Of a stretch of DNA of 64,000 nucleotides, positions 19,213 to 27,351 are shown in pieces (the stretch's first letter is position 1; every line of letters begins with the position of its first letter). This DNA is from Phycisphaeraceae bacterium. GTDB lineage: Bacteria; Planctomycetota; Phycisphaerae; Phycisphaerales; Phycisphaeraceae. The notes below the pieces were generated by a model. The model searched no databases and was not told where the DNA came from. It worked only from the letters and a program-made list of their open reading frames with translations. The DNA is taken from NCBI GenBank assembly GCA_029260635.1, contig JAJDCW010000038.1:745-64744 (forward strand), in the 5' to 3' direction. The translations under genes were made by a program, and so were the position numbers.

Positions 19213-19845
19213 CTACGCCGGGGTGCTCGCGTGCGATTTTTTCCGGGCAAGGAACCGCCTGGCCAGCCAGCCTATGACCAGGCCTGCTATCAGCGAGGCC
19301 GCAACGAACTTGATGATGGTGTTGCGGACGTATGTATCGATCATTGAATTGCTGAACGGGTTGAGCGAGCTGTGTACGCGGGCGATCTTCCAACCGCCGT
19401 CGGACTTTCGGAACACGACAGTCCATTTTGAGGTAAATCGGTGCTCATCCCCCCCACCGGTGACCAGGGTGTTCTCAGAGTTTCCCTTGGCGATGGCGAT
19501 GTCGCCGTAAATGAGGCTGCGGTCCGGCAACAACGTTACCGAGTAGGTCCCCCCTTTGAGCATGGCCTCTCGGGTGGATTGCCACTGAGCCTTGAAGGCG
19601 GTGAAGTCGGTGAACTCACGATCGGTATACGACACCACCGAGAAGGGGTCATTCAGGTACGGCTCAATCAGTTCGAGGTTGTTCGTGTTGATGGCTTCTT
19701 CAAAAAGCATCTTGAACGCCCGGAGCGCATCATGATCAGCCTCATCCCCCTCTGCCCCGGCCGCATATAGTTGCCCGTACGGGGTACAGATCAGCATGAA
19801 GGCGAGTGTGATTAAGACTCGGAACAATAGATGGGTGGGTTTCAT
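19213..19845 (-). CDS. SnoaL-like/DUF4440 (NTF2-fold) protein with signal peptide and C-terminal TM anchor
   Basis: Sequence TSKWTVVFRKSDGGWKIARVHSS is the typical NTF2-like C-terminus. The N-terminus is hydrophobic (MKPTHLLFRVLITLAFMLIC) and there is a C-terminal helix. Confidence 0.55.
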   Translation of the reverse strand: MKPTHLLFRVLITLAFMLICTPYGQLYAAGAEGDEADHDALRAFKMLFEEAINTNNLELIEPYLNDPFSVVSYTDREFTDFTAFKAQWQSTREAMLKGGTYSVTLLPDRSLIYGDIAIAKGNSENTLVTGGGDEHRFTSKWTVVFRKSDGGWKIARVHSSLNPFSNSMIDTYVRNTIIKFVAASLIAGLVIGWLARRFLARKKSHASTPA

Positions 19846-19882
19846 CGGGTTCCTCGTGTCTATGTTTAACATTAGAAGCTGG

Positions 19883-20857
19883 TCACGCCCGCTCTTCCTC
19901 GCGATCAGTTGCGAGGCCCGGCCGGGGTGAGAGTGCCGAAACCTGTTCATGCAATTCTCGAGTCATATTGATGTCTAGTGACTTAAGTGCGGGTTCGAGT
20001 TGATCGAGGTTGCGGGCGCCGATAATCGGAGCGGTGATGCCCGGGTGCGCCGCGACCCAGGCGACTGCTAATGACACGACGTGACAGCCGTATTGTTCGG
20101 CGATCTTTGCCAATGACTTAGCCACATCGAAATTGGAATGATTGGCGTACCGCTTGCGGTAGGCTTCGCTTTCTTTGAGTCGGCCATCGACCTCAAGGTT
20201 CTTCTTCCCGTACTTGCCCGAGAGTATCCCGCCGGCTAATGGGCTGTAGGAGATCACGCCGACGCCTTCGGATTCTGACATCGGAAGCAACTCGACCTCG
20301 GCCTGACGCTTCAGCAGGTTGTACATCGGCTGGATGCAGCGGAACGGCGACCAGCCATTGGCATGAGCGATACCGTTTGCCTTGGCGATCTGCCACGCCG
20401 CGAAGTTGCTCGCCGCGGGGTAGCGGACCTTCCCCTGCCTGACTAGATCGTCCAAGGCACGCATCACATCATCGAGCGGGGGTTGCTCATGGAACCGGTG
20501 CAGAAAATAGATATCGATGTGGTCGGTACCCAGCCGGCGGAGGCTCTGCTCGACGTGGTGCATGATATGGGTGCGTGAGTAACCCGGGCCGGTGGCGTCG
20601 ATGCCCGCACCCATGCCGAGTTTCGTGGTGATGACGAGTGTGTCTCGCTCGTCTTTGATGAGTCGCCCCAGGATACGCTCGGACTCGCCTCCCACATACA
20701 CATTGGCACAATCGAAGAAGTTGATCCCGATGTCTCGGCAGCGGTTGTAGATGGCCCCAGCGGTATCAAAATCACAACCCTCGCCGCCGAAGGTCATGGT
20801 GCCGAAGCAGAGTTCAGAGACCTTGAGTCCGGTATTACCCAGGGGCACGTATTTCAT
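19883..20857 (-). CDS. aldo/keto reductase
   Basis: MKYVPLGNTGLKVSELCFGTMTFG, DCANVY, IDIYFLHR and GVISYSPLAGG are canonical AKR motifs. Confidence 0.9.
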   Translation of the reverse strand: MKYVPLGNTGLKVSELCFGTMTFGGEGCDFDTAGAIYNRCRDIGINFFDCANVYVGGESERILGRLIKDERDTLVITTKLGMGAGIDATGPGYSRTHIMHHVEQSLRRLGTDHIDIYFLHRFHEQPPLDDVMRALDDLVRQGKVRYPAASNFAAWQIAKANGIAHANGWSPFRCIQPMYNLLKRQAEVELLPMSESEGVGVISYSPLAGGILSGKYGKKNLEVDGRLKESEAYRKRYANHSNFDVAKSLAKIAEQYGCHVVSLAVAWVAAHPGITAPIIGARNLDQLEPALKSLDINMTRELHEQVSALSPRPGLATDREEERA

Positions 20858-20955
20858 TATTCATGGACCTCTTGGACTATGACAGGTATTGCTGATAGGT
20901 CAATGGCAAAGCATCCGCCGGAAGATGATAGCAAATTGGAGACTCGTTTATGAAA

Positions 20956-21789
20956 TCAAACAGTCTTTGGCCTGGAGAGGGTTGCGAGTGCGCCAAGCGT
21001 AAGAAGTGAAAGGCTCAGCGGTTCGGGGACCGTGCTCGCAGCGCCGGCGGCAGGTGGGCTGCCCGAGTTCCAGTTGCCAAGGACCCAATTAAGATCATCG
21101 ATGCCGACAAAGCGGTCGCCGTTCGTATCGCCCGCGGGGTAGTCCGGGAATGCGGCGGTGGCGTTCCAATTGCTCAGCACAGTGTTCAGGTCGTCGATGC
21201 CGACGAAGCCGTCGGAGCCGATGTCACCCGCCATCGTGGTGATGTTGAATTGGATGTTCTGTTTTGTGAAGGGTTGAGGCAAAGACGCGGGGTCGGTCAG
21301 CGCGGTGTTGGGTCCTAAGTCAAAATTCCCGACGCCGACAGGCGCGTTGGTGTTGATGGTGAACCTGTAGAACTGAAGGTCGCCTGATTTGTTCGCGACC
21401 TGGTCGGCCTGGTTGACGAGTCGGCCGGACACGAGCCCCGGGCCCGAGATCGTCTGGAAGACCATGGGGTCGCCGGAGAAGAAGTCGCGCGACGGGTCGG
21501 GTACCCCGTAGGCGACACCGAGCCCGCCGGGGATGAGGGTGGCGTAGGGCGGTAGGAAGAAGTCGTGCTGAGTGCCCCAGGTCAGGTCGCCATTAAGCCC
21601 GGTGTTGTCGGCGTAGACCCAGGCGGTGTATACGGTCGAGCCATCGGCGACCATGATGTTGTTCTGGGCGTAGGTGCCCATGACTGCGTTGGCATCGGCG
21701 GATTTAAAAGTCAGCAGAACCAAGCCGATTGCCAGGATTGTCCCGGCCTGTTTGACGAGGTATCGAGAATAGAAATCTGGGCGAAACAT
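20956..21789 (-). CDS. secreted PEP-CTERM-anchored protein with two dockerin-like repeats
   Basis: C-terminus VPEPLSLSLLTLGALATLSRPKTV (PEP-CTERM). Repeats GDIGSDGFVGIDDLNTVLSNWN and GDTNGDRFVGIDDLNWVLGNWN. The start was trimmed to MFRPDFYSRYL. Confidence 0.75.
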   Translation of the reverse strand: MFRPDFYSRYLVKQAGTILAIGLVLLTFKSADANAVMGTYAQNNIMVADGSTVYTAWVYADNTGLNGDLTWGTQHDFFLPPYATLIPGGLGVAYGVPDPSRDFFSGDPMVFQTISGPGLVSGRLVNQADQVANKSGDLQFYRFTINTNAPVGVGNFDLGPNTALTDPASLPQPFTKQNIQFNITTMAGDIGSDGFVGIDDLNTVLSNWNATAAFPDYPAGDTNGDRFVGIDDLNWVLGNWNSGSPPAAGAASTVPEPLSLSLLTLGALATLSRPKTV

Positions 21790-21985
21790 CTTTATCTCCC
21801 TCCGAGATATGTTGCCTGCGAGGAATGTAACCGAAGCATATGCCGTGGAATGGTCCCCACCAACGGCATCGAAACCATTACGTATTATCAGGAACGGGGC
21901 CGTGCTTGGCAAGGAAATTCCGCGATCTTGTAACCTATGGAATCCCCCCTGCCGCCCCCCTACCACCTCTTTACTGGGTTTACGT

Positions 21986-22023
21986 AAAAAAAACACGCCC
22001 GGGGTCGGTGACCCTGGCCGTGT
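21986..22023 (-). terminator. rho-independent terminator (minus strand): ACACGGCCAGGG-UCACCGA-CCCCGGGCGUGU followed by U8
   Basis: A 12-position stem with 10 pairs (21993-22004/22012-22023) is followed immediately on the minus strand by eight U (plus-strand A run 21986-21993). Confidence 0.75.
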
Positions 22024-22580
22024 TTCTTAGGAGGAGGATGTCGTGTTTGAGTCGGTGGGACCAACTCAGGCGGGGTCTTGCGGGCCCGCCTTGCTCTGCA
22101 TCCACCTGTCTGTACGCCGTGTTAAACCGGCGGGTTCGGGTAAACTGGAAAATCAGTTACCCGGCAATTGTCTCCCCCCGGTACCCTATCAGCGGTGTCT
22201 GTCGGCCGTGAATCTGCACACGCGGCCGAGGCTTGCGGGCCAAAATAAAACAGCGAAGGCGCCGTCTGTGTGTCGGCTTCCGTCAGACATGGTGCGCGGT
22301 AGCGGTAGCAACCGATCACTGATGCGTCTGACAACCTGGAGTTCCGCTGAACCGTCCTTGGTTCAATCGTCGTCCAGTCAACCGGCCACCTGAAGACGGA
22401 CACGAATCCGTTCATTGACCTCCGCTGGTGCTGGGGCAGATCCATTAATACTTGTGGGGGATCTGCCGTTGCTTGTGCCCCTCAGGCGGTGACGATCGGC
22501 CTTGACCATCATTCGCCCCGGGGCGGTGTTTCAAATAGTTGATTTCCCCTGTCGTTAGTGTGTGTCCGGTTCCTTCCGAA

Positions 22581-23066
22581 TCATTCCGAATTGTTTCGCC
22601 GACGCCTCATGGCCAATCGTGGGTTCATGAGGATGTCGGGCTGATCTTTGAGCTTGCTTTCCAGATGTTCGTACCAGGCTATTCGGTCTCTGACTTCCAT
22701 GTGATCCTTCACGCCGATCAGGACGACTTCCGATCCCAGCCCCGCCCGTGTCAGCAGGTCGCTTGGGAGCGTGACTCTGCCGTGCTTATCGAGCTCAACC
22801 GATCTGGATAAGGCGTAGAACACGCGCTCGTATTCGAGCAGTTCGTCGGCATCCATCTCGGAGCGGTCTAACTCATCCGCCCGCTGTTCGTACCCTTTCT
22901 CCGTATACAGGCACAGCGTCCCGTCCTTGCCGAGCGTGACATACATGAAGATCGCGTCGTCGTCACCGGTTCCGGTTGAACGCTTGATCCGCGTTCGGAC
23001 TTCGGCCGGGATGGCCAAACGGTTCTTCTTGTCGATCGAATGGTCATAGGTACCAGTAAAAACCAA
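22581..23066 (-). CDS. mraZ: transcriptional regulator MraZ
   Basis: MFTGTYDHSIDKKNRLAIPAEVR and the second half-domain VELDKHGRVTLPSDL show the duplicated SpoVT/AbrB-like MraZ repeats. Confidence 0.9.
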   Translation of the reverse strand: MVFTGTYDHSIDKKNRLAIPAEVRTRIKRSTGTGDDDAIFMYVTLGKDGTLCLYTEKGYEQRADELDRSEMDADELLEYERVFYALSRSVELDKHGRVTLPSDLLTRAGLGSEVVLIGVKDHMEVRDRIAWYEHLESKLKDQPDILMNPRLAMRRRRNNSE

Positions 23067-23099
23067 AGTGTTACTCGCTCAAGGACGAAGGGGATGATA

Positions 23100-23137
23100 C
23101 CCCACTTCGCCCCTATCCTCAACACTAAAGCCCACTC
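23100..23137 (-). promoter_or_regulatory. candidate MraZ operator: AGTG-core direct repeats with 10-bp phasing upstream of mraZ
   Basis: On the minus strand: GAGTGGGC (23130-23137), TTAGTGTT (23121-28) and AAGTGGGG (23100-07). The CACT cores sit at plus-strand positions 23103, 23123 and 23133, with a degenerate copy at 23113. The array lies 35-70 nt upstream of the start codon. Confidence 0.35.
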
Positions 23138-23334
23138 GGCCCTTATTTTTCTTGAAAAAATCTCGCCCGCGTTGATTCAGTGCCATGAAGGCGGTTCTTA
23201 TTGGCATCGACGACGACTTTGCGCCCAGTTAACGACAGGATACACACAGTTTGTTCAGTTGCGTCAAGTTCGTTGTGAATGATTTTGTGTGCACCCAGGG
23301 TTTGGGTGGTCCGTAGCGGGCCGGGAAATGAGTG

Positions 23335-24144
23335 TCAGGCGGATTGCCGCAGGGGGCTGGCCAGGGGGATATCCAGGTGGAAGGTGGTGCCCTCGCCAGG
23401 GGTGCTCTCGAAGGTCAGGCTTCCGCCGGCTTTCGTGACCAGGTCCTTGCAGATGCTCAGCCCAAGCCCGGACCCTTTGGTGTCCCCATGGTCTGCTTCG
23501 GCGTCGTGGGTGACAAAGGGCTCAAAGAGACGATCCGCGATCTGTGGTGGGACCCCCCCGCCCGTGTCTGAAAGATCAATATGAACAATGTTCTGTGCCG
23601 ACTTCGCCCGGATTTTTAGTGTGCCCCCCTGCTGCTGCATGGCTTTGCGTGCATTCAGGATGAGGTTCAGCATGACCTGCTCAAGATTCACCCGCGGCAT
23701 CGACACGGCTACATCCTCAAGTTCAAGGATGAGCTGAATGTGGTCCCGGTCCAGGCTCTTGGTCAGGTAGCTGAGGGCTGCATCGATGGTATCAATCAGT
23801 TTTGTTTGAGAGGTGCCGTCTTCTTCTCGGGAATAACCAAGCAGCGAAGTAGCGATCTCTTCCGCCCGCCTGGCTCCGGACAAGGCCTTGCCCAGCGCCT
23901 TTCTTGATAGCTCGGCATCGCCGGGGTTCGCCAACGCCATCTGGGCATAGCCAATGATGGGCGAAAGTATATTGTTGAACTCGTGCGCGACCATGGCGGA
24001 CAGCGTGCCCAGCGTCGCCAGCCGTTGCATGTGCTCGAGGCCTTCCCTGGCCTGGGCATAATGCGATTCTGATTCGGCCAGTCGATCCAGCGCATCCTGG
24101 GTGCTGGTAAGGTTCATGGGGTTGTGGGCTGGCGGTTCAGGCAT
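23335..24144 (-). CDS. soluble sensor histidine kinase (HisKA + HATPase_c)
   Basis: H-box MVAHEFNNILSPI, N-box LNLILNARKAM, G1 DTGGGV and G2 GSGLGLSI. Confidence 0.85.
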   Translation of the reverse strand: MPEPPAHNPMNLTSTQDALDRLAESESHYAQAREGLEHMQRLATLGTLSAMVAHEFNNILSPIIGYAQMALANPGDAELSRKALGKALSGARRAEEIATSLLGYSREEDGTSQTKLIDTIDAALSYLTKSLDRDHIQLILELEDVAVSMPRVNLEQVMLNLILNARKAMQQQGGTLKIRAKSAQNIVHIDLSDTGGGVPPQIADRLFEPFVTHDAEADHGDTKGSGLGLSICKDLVTKAGGSLTFESTPGEGTTFHLDIPLASPLRQSA

Positions 24145-24359
24145 AGTATAGAGTCCCCCCCTACTATCGGCCCAGTTCTGCCCTGCCCTGTGGCGGCATT
24201 TGGTGTGTCCTATAAATCATTTGGCGCTAAGAAGTATATAAACATAAATAATACAATTATTTATAATAATAGTTCTCGTATTGTTGTTACGGGGTTCTGT
24301 AGGGTGAACAGCGTTCATTTAGATGGGTCATTGATCTGCGGGGCCGGAAATACGATCTG

Positions 24360-24375
24360 TGTTCCACGTGGAACG
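24360..24375. promoter_or_regulatory. parS site (TGTTCCACGTGGAACG)
   Basis: The core GTTCCACGTGGAAC is a perfect 14-bp palindrome. It closely matches the canonical chromosomal parS TGTTNCACGTGAAACA. Confidence 0.7.
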
Positions 24376-24436
24376 TGCCCCTCTGCTATCCTCTGGCATC
24401 AGGTCCCAACAGTCATCACGGGTCGTTTTTGGGTGA

Positions 24437-24452
24437 GGTTTCACGTGGAACG
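24437..24452. promoter_or_regulatory. parS site (GGTTTCACGTGGAACG)
   Basis: Second near-consensus parS, 77 bp from the first and 140 bp upstream of parB. Confidence 0.7.
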
Positions 24453-24591
24453 CGCGGAATTCCGGCTGAAGTCTTTTTCGGTGGTAGCTGGGGCTATTAA
24501 GTAGTGGCCGCCCCACCGCTTTTGCATGATCGGGTTGTACGGCTACACTAATCCGGAATTTCACATTCTTTTACCGGACACGGAGGTCAAC

Positions 24592-25644
24592 ATGGCGACA
24601 GATAAAAAACGTTCACCCAGGCTTGGTAGGGGTCTTAGCAGTCTGATGTCCAGCCCGGTTCAGGTGCAGCCCCCGGAGGCCACGACGGGTCCGTCTGAAT
24701 CCCCGAAGCACAGGCAGGTGAAGGGCGATTTGACGGATGCGACGCAAGTTCCCAGTTCATCTACTCCGCCCGACTCCCCACCGGAAAAAAGATCAAAAGC
24801 AGGCACCAGGGAGGAAGCCCCTTCTAAAACCCAGGAACAGGCCGGCCTTACCTATCTCTCCGTGAGCAGTCTCCAGCCTAACAGGCATCAGCCTCGGCAG
24901 CGCTTTGATGAGGCGGCGCTGAAGCGTCTCGCGGATTCGATCGCGTCTGAGGGGGTGATGCAGCCGATTGTGGCTCGGCCCTGTGTAGATCAGCCCGGCC
25001 GGTTTGAGGTGGTCGCCGGTGAACGCAGATGGCGCGCGGCTCAGTTGGCCGGCCTGATGAAGATGCCTGTGATTGTCCGGAATTTGAACGATCGACAGAT
25101 CGCTGAATGGGCTCTGATCGAGAATCTCCAGCGTGAAGACCTCAACCCGATCGAAAGGGCGGAGGCCTTCTCCAGGCTGATCGAGCAGTTCGGCCTGAGC
25201 CATGAAGAGGCGGGGGCTAGGGTCGGGATGGACCGATCCAGCATCTCAAACCACCTGCGCCTGTTGAGCTTGAGCGATACGGTCAAAGACCTGATCGGTG
25301 AGGGTTTGCTCTCGATGGGACAGGCAAGAGCGCTGTTGGGGTTATCAGCCCCTGATCAGCAGCAGATGTTGGCCGAGCGTGTGGTACGGCAGGGCATGTC
25401 CGTTCGGGAAGTCGAGGCCGAGGTCCGCAAGATCTCTTCGGGAGCAGCGCTGTCGAGCAAGCCGTCTCGCCAGTCGAAGGCCCCTTTCCTGGCCGACCTC
25501 GAAAAACAGATCGCCGAGCAGCTTGGCACCAGAGTCACGATACGCTCCGGTCGAAAGAAGGGCTCGGGTACTTTGAGTATCGAGTTCTATTCCCTGGATC
25601 AGTTTGACTCGCTGGTTAGCAAGCTGGGTGTCAAAACAGATTGA
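24592..25644 (+). CDS. parB: chromosome partitioning protein ParB/Spo0J
   Basis: Motifs GRGLSSLM, LQPNRHQPRQRFDE and VVAGERRWRAAQLAG, plus an HTH region. GGAGG sits 5 nt upstream of the ATG at 24592. Confidence 0.9.
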   Translation: MATDKKRSPRLGRGLSSLMSSPVQVQPPEATTGPSESPKHRQVKGDLTDATQVPSSSTPPDSPPEKRSKAGTREEAPSKTQEQAGLTYLSVSSLQPNRHQPRQRFDEAALKRLADSIASEGVMQPIVARPCVDQPGRFEVVAGERRWRAAQLAGLMKMPVIVRNLNDRQIAEWALIENLQREDLNPIERAEAFSRLIEQFGLSHEEAGARVGMDRSSISNHLRLLSLSDTVKDLIGEGLLSMGQARALLGLSAPDQQQMLAERVVRQGMSVREVEAEVRKISSGAALSSKPSRQSKAPFLADLEKQIAEQLGTRVTIRSGRKKGSGTLSIEFYSLDQFDSLVSKLGVKTD

Positions 25645-25907
25645 ACCCACGACATAAATACACTATAAATCATTATTTTATAGTTATTTATATAATTTAC
25701 GGGGCTTGTTGTTTATACATACGCCAGCAAACGTAGATACGTCCCGGTCTCGTTTGGTTGCTGAATCCATTATTTGGGGTTTGGTTGAGTGACCGGTTTT
25801 CCGCGGAGTCTTCTTGTCAGCGTTGCGCGTATGGTTTTTCCCTTGCGATGGCGACCCCGATCCGGGTTCACTCATATCAGTCGGCATGATCGAAAGCTTG
25901 AGGTTTA

Positions 25908-26276
25908 TCAGGCGGCTTCGCGGGATAACGTTTCTTTGATTCGTTCACGCAGCGTGTCAGGCGTGAACGGTTTCACGACGTAGTTATTGACGCCCGACTT
26001 GATTGCTTCGACGACTTGAGAACTGTCTGATTCGGTGGTGGCCATGATGACCGGGGCCTTGCTGCCCTGGTCACGCAACTTCTTGACAAATGCCAGCCCG
26101 TCCATGTTGGGCATGTTCCAGTCAACCAGAAGCAGATCGGGCCGATAAATACGGGCTTTTGACAGGGCTTCCTGGCCGCTACACGCCTCGTCAAAATCGC
26201 TGTAACCCAGTTGTGTCAGGATCCCTTTCTGGATGTTCAGCATGGTTTTGGAACCGTCGACTAACAGGACCTTCAT
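25908..26276 (-). CDS. single-domain CheY-like response regulator receiver
   Basis: Motifs MKVLLVDGS, LLLVDWNMPNMDG, APVIMATTE and VVKPF. Confidence 0.9.
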   Translation of the reverse strand: MKVLLVDGSKTMLNIQKGILTQLGYSDFDEACSGQEALSKARIYRPDLLLVDWNMPNMDGLAFVKKLRDQGSKAPVIMATTESDSSQVVEAIKSGVNNYVVKPFTPDTLRERIKETLSREAA

Positions 26277-26670
26277 TGTGATCTACTCCGGATTGAGCGC
26301 GCGTGTTTGTAAGAGACCCTGTTTTGTCGAACTTAGTGCAGTCCCTTTAATAACGGGTCGGCATCCACCGTGGAAAGTTTCAATCGATGTATCGACAGGG
26401 ACCCGCATCGAAGTCCAGCTGTAAATACGGTATGTTTAATACAGCATCGGGGACGCCGGTTCCGCGCTTTAGTGATAGACGCTCGTTGATCCGGATGTGT
26501 TCCAATGGGAGGGGAAAAACGACTTATCGGAGTCGGTGAATCTGGGTAGGCACTGGTATGGATTTGCGCTTGCTCGGCGGGGTTGGAGGTGTCCGCGGGC
26601 AGCCGGTGGAGAAGATGGCGTTGATTCATTGTGTAGCGGGGGTGCTTGTGGGCGGTTAAACTGACTTGCC

Positions 26671-27267
26671 ATGAGATACCATGCCGCCATCCGGATGTAC
26701 TTAATCGTATGCGTGCTTTTGACGTTGTCAGGCTGCTCCCGGCCCATCGTTCAGGCTGATAACCCCTCAGCCATACCCGAGAGAGCCTACGAGCCGACAT
26801 TTAGCACCGCTATCGAGGTTCTTCGCGACAACGGATTTACGATCGATCGCCGGGATTACCGGTTTGGTGAGATCACGACCATGCCTTTGGGGTCGCCAAA
26901 TCTTTTTGAAGTCTGGAACTCGCAGAACACAACGAACGAACAGGCGGTGGAGTCAACGCTGGCCAGCGAGCAGCGGCGCGTCAAGGTGAGATTTACCAGA
27001 CTGGACACGGCCGCTGAGCCGGGCTCCGCGGAAGGTGGCGGAAGGTATGCGATTGAGTTAGAGGTCATGCTTGAGCGCCTGCAAGTACCGACCCGGCGGT
27101 TGGCGGGCTCGGCAAGGCGCAATGTATTCTCCAACCTGGCTGCTCCACCCCGGGACCTGATCGACAAGGGCGTCACCGGGAATTACTGGGAAGCGGTCGG
27201 ACGAGATCCGCTGCTGGAGGCGCGCCTGATCAGGCAGATCACCGAGCGGGCGGTTTCAAACCCGTAA
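26671..27267 (+). CDS. lipoprotein, function unknown
   Basis: Lipobox LLTLSGC after a hydrophobic leader. No recognisable domain. Confidence 0.55.
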   Translation: MRYHAAIRMYLIVCVLLTLSGCSRPIVQADNPSAIPERAYEPTFSTAIEVLRDNGFTIDRRDYRFGEITTMPLGSPNLFEVWNSQNTTNEQAVESTLASEQRRVKVRFTRLDTAAEPGSAEGGGRYAIELEVMLERLQVPTRRLAGSARRNVFSNLAAPPRDLIDKGVTGNYWEAVGRDPLLEARLIRQITERAVSNP

Positions 27268-27351
27268 TCGGATTCGGGGCACAAAGTCGAAAACCCGGCC
27301 TATCTACAAGGATTTTCGCCGGGGCGGGATGAACCCGCTACACTTCTGCCT

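Noticed and set aside
21908-21921. Minus-strand GGAATTTCCTTGCC upstream of the PEP-CTERM gene as a sigma54 promoter. PEP-CTERM genes are often sigma54-dependent.
   Set aside because: The spacing between GG and TTGC is one nt short, and the -24 half does not resemble TGGCAC.
22043-22445. Track ORFs 22043-22393(+) and 22122-22445(-) as possible genes, including a degenerate rsmH.
   Set aside because: The translations lack any RsmH motif such as GGHS or SFHSLEDR. They are Arg/Pro/Cys-rich and overlap each other on opposite strands.
22024-22540. Tested whether the ORF-free region is RNase P RNA, tmRNA or SRP RNA.
   Set aside because: None of the diagnostic sequences was found on either strand. 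For RNase P I looked for GGAAAGUCCGG (CR-I) and ACAGAACCCGGCUUA (CR-V); only a loose GAACCCGCCGGUUUA is present. For tmRNA I looked for the GGGG...UUCGAC 5' end and a T-arm plus CCA 3' end. For SRP RNA I looked for the domain IV motif. The region is therefore left as an unassigned candidate RNA rather than named.
24145-24591. An origin of replication (oriC) next to parS/parB.
   Set aside because: I saw no cluster of DnaA boxes (TTATCCACA-like). The only TTATCCAC I noticed is inside the MqnA/D-family CDS at about 27872. AT-rich patches alone are insufficient evidence.
25684-25983. Small ORFs 25684-25887(-) and 25789-25983(+) between parB and the CheY-like gene.
   Set aside because: They overlap each other, have no motifs and have biased composition. 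The region is better described by the AT-rich repeat.
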